A stretch of 34,546 nucleotides of DNA, from the sequence record SRR20825006_1258. One strand, 5' to 3'. Both the position numbers and the translations under genes were made by a program. Under the pieces are notes generated by a model. The model did not search any database. It saw only the letters and a list, made by a program, of their open reading frames with translations, and was not told where the DNA came from. Of the stretch, positions 27,983 through 34,546 are shown piece by piece (the stretch's first letter is position 1; every line of letters begins with the position of its first letter).

Positions 27983-28804
27983 TTAAAGTTTTCTCCCAAC
28001 CATTTTAAATTCTTGATAAGTTGTGGGATTAATCCCATCCCATTGACAGCGACTGAATTCAAAGATCGCAACCCCATCTATTCTGTTTAAGAATACACCG
28101 CCTATACAGTCTTTAAGAAGTCCAGTATCCGAAATCCAAAGTCCACGGTAGGTTTTTAAAGTTTGATCACAGCGAGTTACGGATATTGCATCACTTCCCA
28201 TTCCGTCGTAATTGTATAAGTCAATTTCTTTTTCAATAGCAGTTGGGCGATCAACATAATCGATAATCACATCAAAACTATCGGGTAAATGAGCGGATTT
28301 CATGCGGTAAGTACCTTCCATCAATGTTGTATCATTAATATACTGGGAAGTCAAATCACATTGTCCATAAGGCTGCACATGAAATGTTCGAGAAATAGAA
28401 TCATATCCGTCATCGTTCGGCAAACAAATTGCATTAGTCGCTTTTCGTACTACGAGTGAAACGGTAATGTCTTGACCGCCCCAGATCGCTGAAAAATTGC
28501 GCCCAACTTCCTCGGTGTTCAAAATCTCATTGCCAATGTACCACGTATATTCTGCGTTCTCCTCTTTTGCACGGAAAATGACATTTTTCTCGTGAAAAAT
28601 CGTATCCGAATCCGTTCCAACAGGATCAAACTGTGGTAAAGACTCCAACTCTAAAATTTCAAAGGCTGCAGAGACTTCTGTTGCGCAATCACAGTCTACA
28701 TTCACAGGTGTAAGATTGGGTTGTTCATGTTTCTTACATCCAACAAAAAGTACTAAGAACAATGAGACGAGAAAAAATGGTTTAAATACGCAGAAAGTGT
28801 GCAT
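27983..28804 (-). CDS. Lipoprotein with PKD-like domain; paralogue of 25885-26748
   Basis: Lipobox FVGC, with CDC, YTWYIG, ITVSLVV and NAICLPNDDGYDSISR motifs. Confidence 0.82.
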   Translation of the reverse strand: MHTFCVFKPFFLVSLFLVLFVGCKKHEQPNLTPVNVDCDCATEVSAAFEILELESLPQFDPVGTDSDTIFHEKNVIFRAKEENAEYTWYIGNEILNTEEVGRNFSAIWGGQDITVSLVVRKATNAICLPNDDGYDSISRTFHVQPYGQCDLTSQYINDTTLMEGTYRMKSAHLPDSFDVIIDYVDRPTAIEKEIDLYNYDGMGSDAISVTRCDQTLKTYRGLWISDTGLLKDCIGGVFLNRIDGVAIFEFSRCQWDGINPTTYQEFKMVGRKL

Positions 28805-29017
28805 TAGATGTGTTTAGATTAGCTCAATATTGAGTAAAAATACATAAAAACCAATATAAAAAACGTAGGAAGGTTGAAAAATTAGCTTCAACATCCGTCT
28901 TATCATATCCCCAATTCGACTCTCTAAGAACACATCTTATCTGCTAACAATCTCCACTTTTTTTGTTTCTTTCTTCTGCTTTCGATTTATTTTGATTTTT
29001 CGATTCGGTTTTAATCC

Positions 29018-29025
29018 TATATTTG
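29018..29025 (+). promoter_or_regulatory. Bacteroidota sigma-A -7 box directly before the start codon
   Basis: TATATTTG lies 4 nt before the ATG at 29030. A TTTG at 28991-28994 is a possible -33 box. Confidence 0.55.
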
Positions 29026-29029
29026 AGCT

Positions 29030-31081
29030 ATGAAGTTTTTATATCCGGAATTTCTTTGGGCGTTCACAGTGCTTATCATTCCCATCGTTATTCATTTATT
29101 CAATTTCAAGCGGTATAAGACTCTTTACTTTTCCAGTCTTCAATTTGTGAAACATGTTGATCAGAAAACAAAATCCGTTCAACGCTTAAAGCACATTTTA
29201 ATTCTCATTTCTAGACTTCTTGCATTCATCTTTTTAGTCCTTGCTTTTGCGCAGCCTTATTTTAACTCAGCAGCCTCAGAAGATGAAAAGAAAGAAAATG
29301 TCGTTATGATCTTCATTGATAACTCATTTTCGATGCAAGCTCGAGGTGTGGAAGGAGAATTACTTTCTCAAGCTAGAGAATCTGCGCGTTCCATTATTCA
29401 AGAAGCCTCACGAGGAACTCAATTTGTGATCGGAACTAACGAAATGTCTGGAATCGAACAGCGAAAGTTAAACTCACTGGAGGCACTAGAAAAACTCGAC
29501 AATATCGACTATTCACCTCTCGTGAGAAGTTTATCGGAAGTTACCAATTGGCAAACACAGACGCTTAAAAAGCTCTACCCTGAAGATTCAACAGTGGTAA
29601 TGCAAAACGTGATCATAAGTGATTTCCAACGCATTAAGAAGTACCAAAAATCGGAAGAATTATTGGACAGATTTGCTATTCATCCGATCCAACTCACGCC
29701 AGAACGAAATTCCAATATTTACGTCGACTCGGTTTGGTTTGCTGACCCAATTAGAAGAACCGCAACAACGAACGAACTCTTTATGAGGGTTGTAAATAAA
29801 GGCGAAACGGATCTCCAAAACGTAGAAGTTGTTGTAGCATTAGACGGTGTAAATAAGTCTTTCTACACAGATGTTCCCGCGAAACAAAGTAAATCGACAT
29901 CAATCACTTATTCGGATAAATCGGCTGGATTTATGAAAGGAAGCGTAACAGTTGTCGATGACCACGTACTTTTTGATGATACTTACTTCCTTTCATACGA
30001 AGTAAAAACCGAGGCAAATGTCCTTGTTGTAAATGCAGAAGATGCAATAAACAATGTGGAGATTGTACTTGGCTTAGAAAACTATTACAAAGTTTCTTCG
30101 ACTCAAATTACGTCAATCACACTTGATGATTTCAAAAACAAGGATTTGGTGATTATCAATGGTGCAAACGATGTTCCCACAGGAGTTCAAAATTACTTGA
30201 CCGATTTCTACGAAAGCGGTGGTTCACTTGCGTTGTTTCCTGGTAAACAGGTTAATCGTCAAGCTTGGAACCAACTTTTAGGAAAGCTAAAATTACCTTT
30301 GATGGGCTCGATAGTGAATTCGGGAACAAAAATCCAATCGCTTAATTACGACGATCAGTTCATTAAAGGAGTTATTGAGAAAAGATCTGATCGATTGAAT
30401 TTGCCTGCCGTCACCAAAGCAATCCAGCCAATTATCGGAGGGAATTCTAATTTCAACGAGTTAATCAGAATGCAGAATGGACTTCCCTTATTTGGATATT
30501 CAAGCGGGACTTCTAAAGCATATATGTTTTACGGAAGTTTGCATCCAGATTGGGGAAATATCTCGAGAGACGCGTTGTTCTCAACACTAATTTTACGAAT
30601 CAGTGAACTGAGTCAACGTTTGCAACCTCTTTCGCTAACGATTGGGGAACAAGGGAGCTTCCCACTTTATTCCCAATCCGAAAACGAGCAAGCACTTCAC
30701 CTATCCAACGCCAAATTTGATTTTATTCCGCAAACTACTGTGAAATCAGGGATTCGTTACATTTCCTTGAATCAATTCGATAATTATCAGCAGTTGTTGG
30801 CAGGAAATTATACGATAAAAGACACGCGCGATCGCGGAGTTCTTTCAATTAACTATAGTCGAGAAGAATCTGTACTTGACTATTTCTCGGAATCAGAAAT
30901 TGTTGATTTCTTCACGAATAAAAAGGCAGCTGAGGTCTCTTTTAAACGAGTAGACGGAGTGAGTACACCGCTGAATGATCTTCGAATTAACGAGCCATTC
31001 AGCTACTGGAAAATTTGTATCATTTTAACTCTTATTTTTGTGCTAATCGAAATGCTATTGGTGCGTTTCTTAAAGCAGTGA
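29030..31081 (+). CDS. BatA-domain (N-terminal double-TM) / vWA-like membrane protein
   Basis: FLYPEFLW...[12 protein letters not shown]...FSS, LAFAQP, MIDAS-like IDNSFSM, ISDFQ and a C-terminal TM helix. Confidence 0.88.
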   Translation: MKFLYPEFLWAFTVLIIPIVIHLFNFKRYKTLYFSSLQFVKHVDQKTKSVQRLKHILILISRLLAFIFLVLAFAQPYFNSAASEDEKKENVVMIFIDNSFSMQARGVEGELLSQARESARSIIQEASRGTQFVIGTNEMSGIEQRKLNSLEALEKLDNIDYSPLVRSLSEVTNWQTQTLKKLYPEDSTVVMQNVIISDFQRIKKYQKSEELLDRFAIHPIQLTPERNSNIYVDSVWFADPIRRTATTNELFMRVVNKGETDLQNVEVVVALDGVNKSFYTDVPAKQSKSTSITYSDKSAGFMKGSVTVVDDHVLFDDTYFLSYEVKTEANVLVVNAEDAINNVEIVLGLENYYKVSSTQITSITLDDFKNKDLVIINGANDVPTGVQNYLTDFYESGGSLALFPGKQVNRQAWNQLLGKLKLPLMGSIVNSGTKIQSLNYDDQFIKGVIEKRSDRLNLPAVTKAIQPIIGGNSNFNELIRMQNGLPLFGYSSGTSKAYMFYGSLHPDWGNISRDALFSTLILRISELSQRLQPLSLTIGEQGSFPLYSQSENEQALHLSNAKFDFIPQTTVKSGIRYISLNQFDNYQQLLAGNYTIKDTRDRGVLSINYSREESVLDYFSESEIVDFFTNKKAAEVSFKRVDGVSTPLNDLRINEPFSYWKICIILTLIFVLIEMLLVRFLKQ

Positions 31082-31091
31082 TTCTGATCTT

Positions 31092-32351
31092 ATGAAAATT
31101 CTGATTAAACAAGCTAAAATCGTCGATCCATCGTCTGAATTCAATGGTAAAACGCAAGATATTTTAATTGTAGAAGGTAGAATCTCGGAAATAAAGGAAT
31201 CCATTTCAGATGAAGACGCTCAAGAAATAAGTGGTGATGATCTGCATATTTCTTCCGGTTGGGTTGATTTAAAATCGAATTTTTGCGACCCAGGATTTGA
31301 GCACAAAGAAACGATTGTAAGTGGTTTGAATGCCGCGGCTTTTGGTGGATATACGCATGTCGCTGTTTTGCCAAGTACGCAGCCCGTTGTGGATGGGAAA
31401 ACGCAAATCGAATATTTATTGCGGAAATCTGAGCAATGTGTAACAGATCTTCATCCAATTGGAACGTTAACGGTTGGAATGCACGGTGAAAATTTATCAG
31501 AAATGTATGACATGTCGCTTTCGGGCACGTTTCTTTTTTCTGATGACCTTCAGCCTGTTTCCTCAGGAATTATGTACCGTGCTCTCCTCTATTCCAAGAA
31601 TTTTGGAGGTAAAGTCATTGCGTTTAACAGAGATCACTCACTTTCCAACAACGGAATGGTGAACGAAGGAATGGCTTCAACCCGCACTGGACTAAAAGCA
31701 GATCCATCGATTTCGGAAATTGTCCAATTGGAACGAAACATTCGCCTTTTAGAATATACAGGAGGAACACTTCACTGCACAGGAATTTCTACTGCGGAAG
31801 GCGTTGACCTTGTTCGCAAAGCAAAATTAGCTGGACTTCAAATTACTGCGGACGTTCATAGCTCACATTTAATTTACAATGAAGAAGCTGTTTTTGGCTT
31901 CGATTCCCTCTATAAATTCATGCCACCGCTGCGATTTGAGTCAGATCGAAAAGCACTTTGGAATGGAGTAAACGACGGTACGATAGACGCCATTGTTTCT
32001 GATCACAGACCGCACGATCAAGAAGAAACAGAAATTGAATTTGACTACTCTTCTTTTGGAAACATTTCCCTTCAAACGGTATTTTCATCACTGAATAATG
32101 CAGCGGAGTTTGAACTAAATACAGTTATTGAAAAATTAACTTCAGGCCCGAGAGCTATCCTTAGTTTAAGAGAAAATTCTATTCGCTTGGGAGAAATTGC
32201 CGATTTGACTATCTTTCAACCTTCAAAAAAGTGGAAATTTACTAAAGACCAAGTCTGCTCTGCAACCTTTAACACTCCTTATGTTAATAAGGAACTTACT
32301 GGATTCGTTTTGGGAGTTGTTAATAACGGTAAATTAGCCCTGAAAGATTAA
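31092..32351 (+). CDS. Dihydroorotase-family protein, probably catalytically inactive (PyrC'-like)
   Basis: DHOase motifs [21 protein letters not shown] and IVSDHRPH are present, but the HxH metal site reads KSN. Confidence 0.8.
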   Translation: MKILIKQAKIVDPSSEFNGKTQDILIVEGRISEIKESISDEDAQEISGDDLHISSGWVDLKSNFCDPGFEHKETIVSGLNAAAFGGYTHVAVLPSTQPVVDGKTQIEYLLRKSEQCVTDLHPIGTLTVGMHGENLSEMYDMSLSGTFLFSDDLQPVSSGIMYRALLYSKNFGGKVIAFNRDHSLSNNGMVNEGMASTRTGLKADPSISEIVQLERNIRLLEYTGGTLHCTGISTAEGVDLVRKAKLAGLQITADVHSSHLIYNEEAVFGFDSLYKFMPPLRFESDRKALWNGVNDGTIDAIVSDHRPHDQEETEIEFDYSSFGNISLQTVFSSLNNAAEFELNTVIEKLTSGPRAILSLRENSIRLGEIADLTIFQPSKKWKFTKDQVCSATFNTPYVNKELTGFVLGVVNNGKLALKD

Positions 32352-32355
32352 AAGA

Positions 32356-32916
32356 ATGGGAAGTAAGAGTAATTTTCTGAAAGAGTATTTCAAGAATAAA
32401 AAAATGGTCGGAGCTGTTAGCCCAAGCACACGCTTTTTGGGTGAAAAAATGCTTGAGAACATTGATTTTGATTCGGCAAAACATATCATTGAACTCGGAC
32501 CAGGAACGGGAGTTTTTACCGATATCATGATAGAACGAATGCGCAAGGATGCGAAACTTCTTGTGTTTGAGTTAAACGATGAGTTCTACACTTCTCTTTC
32601 AAATCGTATTTCTGATCCACGGGTACAGATAATTCATGATTCAGCTTCGAACATAGCGAATTACTTATCTCCAGAGGAGGAAGCAAATCAAGACGCTGTA
32701 GTGTCTTCTCTTCCATTAATGGTCTTTTCAAAAGATTTGCGAGAGGCGGTTGTAAATGCTTCACATAAGGCGTTGAAGCCGGCAGGACATTATGTTCAAT
32801 TTCAATACTCATTACAATCCAAAAAATTCTTGGAATCTATATTCAAGAATGTTTCGGTAAAATTTACCATTAAAAACTTTCCTCCAGCTTTCGTTTACAC
32901 GTGCAGAAAAACGTAA
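32356..32916 (+). CDS. Class I SAM methyltransferase, phospholipid N-methyltransferase (PmtA/OlsG-like)
   Basis: VGAVSPS, IIELGPGTGVFT, VVSSLP, VQFQYS and NFPPAFVY motifs. Confidence 0.82.
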   Translation: MGSKSNFLKEYFKNKKMVGAVSPSTRFLGEKMLENIDFDSAKHIIELGPGTGVFTDIMIERMRKDAKLLVFELNDEFYTSLSNRISDPRVQIIHDSASNIANYLSPEEEANQDAVVSSLPLMVFSKDLREAVVNASHKALKPAGHYVQFQYSLQSKKFLESIFKNVSVKFTIKNFPPAFVYTCRKT

Positions 32917-32970
32917 ACTTGAGTTAAATTATACTAGAGAATTCTAGCCTTATCCTAAAAATTATTCGCT

Positions 32971-34038
32971 GTGAATTACATTAAACAACTCACTTTTCTT
33001 CGATTCATAGCGGCTTTCCTTATTTTGATTTTTCACTTCGGTGCCAAAACAACGCCTTTTGATCTTCCCATTTTAAACGAATTGATCAAAGAAGGTTCCA
33101 TTGCCGTGAGTTTTTTCTTTTTCTTATCCGGAACCGTACTCTTTTTAACTTACGGAGAGAAACCACGCATTAATGTAAGACAATTCTACCTCAAACGCTT
33201 TGCTCGAATCTATCCAGTCTACGCTTTCGCTTTTGTGTTAACACTGATCCTAGGAATGGTGATTTTAAACGCGTATCCGAAAGGACTTGCCATTCTACTT
33301 CAACTCTTTTCTTTACACGCTTGGTATCCCGGAAGCTGTCTTTCTATTAATTTTCCTGGATGGTCAATTTCCGTAGAAGTCTTTTTTTACCTGCTTTTCC
33401 CTTTAATCCTACTTATTTTAAGGAAGCTTTCCTTCGCTAAACAAGTTCTCTTGATTTGTTTTGTTTGGGTTTTAAGTCTGATACAGCACTATTATTTCAT
33501 CTACCATTTGCATCTTCCTGCAGGTCCAGAAAGTGATCAATTTATTCTCTATTTTCCGCTTTGGCATCTAAACACTTTTCTATTTGGAATTCTGGCTGGA
33601 ATTATCATTCAACGTATAAAACACGCTGGACGATTAAACTTACCGCTTGCGAGAGCAGCATATTTGATCGGAATTGTCCTCTTCGTTCTCATTTTAGTTA
33701 CAAACAACCCAATCAAACCGCTCACTCATAATGGAGGAATGTCTCCTATTTTTCTATTGATTATTGTTGGATTGGCTATCGATCAATCGGCAATAACGAG
33801 AGCTTTGAGCCATCGATTTTGTATTCTTCTCGGGAATGCAAGTTATTCTATGTACATACTTCAATGGCCTGTTTATTTAATTTTGACACAATTCTTTGGA
33901 AGTGATGAATTAAACGGAGCATCATTTTACGCATACTTAATCCTTTTAATTACAATTAGTTGTATGATTTATCTCTATTTCGAAAAACGAATGAGAGACA
34001 TGATTTTGAGGAAATGGATGCGCTCTAAAGATCAATAA
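32971..34038 (+). CDS. Acyltransferase family 3 (OafA-like) membrane protein
   Basis: LRFIAA...FH, VSFFFFLSG, KRFARIYP, WSISVEVFFY and LGNASYSMYILQ motifs with about 10 TM helices. Confidence 0.9.
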   Translation: MNYIKQLTFLRFIAAFLILIFHFGAKTTPFDLPILNELIKEGSIAVSFFFFLSGTVLFLTYGEKPRINVRQFYLKRFARIYPVYAFAFVLTLILGMVILNAYPKGLAILLQLFSLHAWYPGSCLSINFPGWSISVEVFFYLLFPLILLILRKLSFAKQVLLICFVWVLSLIQHYYFIYHLHLPAGPESDQFILYFPLWHLNTFLFGILAGIIIQRIKHAGRLNLPLARAAYLIGIVLFVLILVTNNPIKPLTHNGGMSPIFLLIIVGLAIDQSAITRALSHRFCILLGNASYSMYILQWPVYLILTQFFGSDELNGASFYAYLILLITISCMIYLYFEKRMRDMILRKWMRSKDQ

Positions 34039-34144
34039 TCTCTGATTTAACTCTACCGTTTACTCTCTAAAAGCCACTGTTCACTAGGTTACCGCGTGAA
34101 TGGTACACTATTTGATTATCTTAGAGTATACTAAACGGAAAGAT

Positions 34145-34288
34145 ATGTTAACCTCAATAGAAATTGCTCGCATTCTTCGTCAACAGAAGAAAACTCAGAA
34201 AAAGGTATGTTCTGGATTCGATAGCGCACTTAAAGATTTAGGTGTTGTTTTTCAGACCAGCCCAAACCCTGCAAAAGTTAAAAAATAG
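34145..34288 (+). CDS. Possible small basic protein (47 aa)
   Basis: MLTSIEIARILRQQKK...PAKVKK from the ATG at 34145. Only ORF-level support. Confidence 0.3.
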   Translation: MLTSIEIARILRQQKKTQKKVCSGFDSALKDLGVVFQTSPNPAKVKK

Positions 34289-34546
34289 TTTGTTTGAATT
34301 CTTGCTTGAAAAAACGGAGCGCAGTTTTTCTCCTCCGTTGAGAAGAAAAAGCACTGCTTTTGAAAGAGGTGGGTGACAAAATCAATATGAAGCAAGAAAT
34401 GATACGGCCGAGAATCACCCTCCTCGGTCCTCCCATCAAGGAAGGAAGGGAAAGCTCCTTATTCACCGCTTCGCAGTAGCTGTGCTGCTGTATTCTTAGA
34501 AAACCTAGTACAGTCTTAATATAGAAATTACATCTAATTTTGTTAA

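Noticed and set aside
27877-28077. 66-aa ORF as listed in the track
   Set aside because: Its first part overlaps the lipoprotein gene in another frame. Only the portion from the ATG at 27960 looks like a real, truncated gene.
22197-28804. Prophage or contractile injection system, suggested by the tail-fibre-like gene
   Set aside because: There are no capsid, terminase, sheath, tube, baseplate or integrase genes, and all products carry Sec or lipoprotein signals.
1-34546. tRNA, rRNA, reverse transcriptase/DGR or recombinase genes
   Set aside because: No such sequences or motifs were recognised by eye.

Overview
AT-rich bacterial DNA from a Bacteroidota, probably Flavobacteriales (inferred from three type IX secretion (T9SS) C-terminal sorting domains, TAnnTTTG promoter boxes and the gene families present). 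From left to right: (1) 1-2.8 kb, two single genes flanked by related imperfect inverted repeats with integron attC-like ends (AAC...GTTAGC), with no integrase in the window; (2) 3.2-14.2 kb, an accessory region with T9SS cargo (including a 1.37-kaa M43 metalloprotease), a macrodomain-like protein, small hypothetical genes and gene remnants; (3) 14.2-22.0 kb, envelope and housekeeping genes (lipid A methyltransferase-like, START-like, LptF/G, two GT4, ribBA, lolD-like, TIGR02757); (4) 22.06-28.8 kb, a minus-strand cluster of exported proteins of unknown function (paralogous Cys/PKD-like lipoproteins, a tail-fibre/S74-like protein, a 902-aa T9SS protein with a possible membrane-inserting segment, two paralogous small lipoproteins and a truncated second cargo gene) next to a Flavo-1-like structured element; (5) 29-34 kb, a BatA-domain gene, a dihydroorotase homologue lacking its metal-binding histidines, a PmtA-like methyltransferase and an acyltransferase. 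The best candidates for undescribed systems are the 22-28.8 kb modular T9SS effector/partner cluster and the attC-like cassette array. All family calls come from motif recognition by eye; no database search was run.
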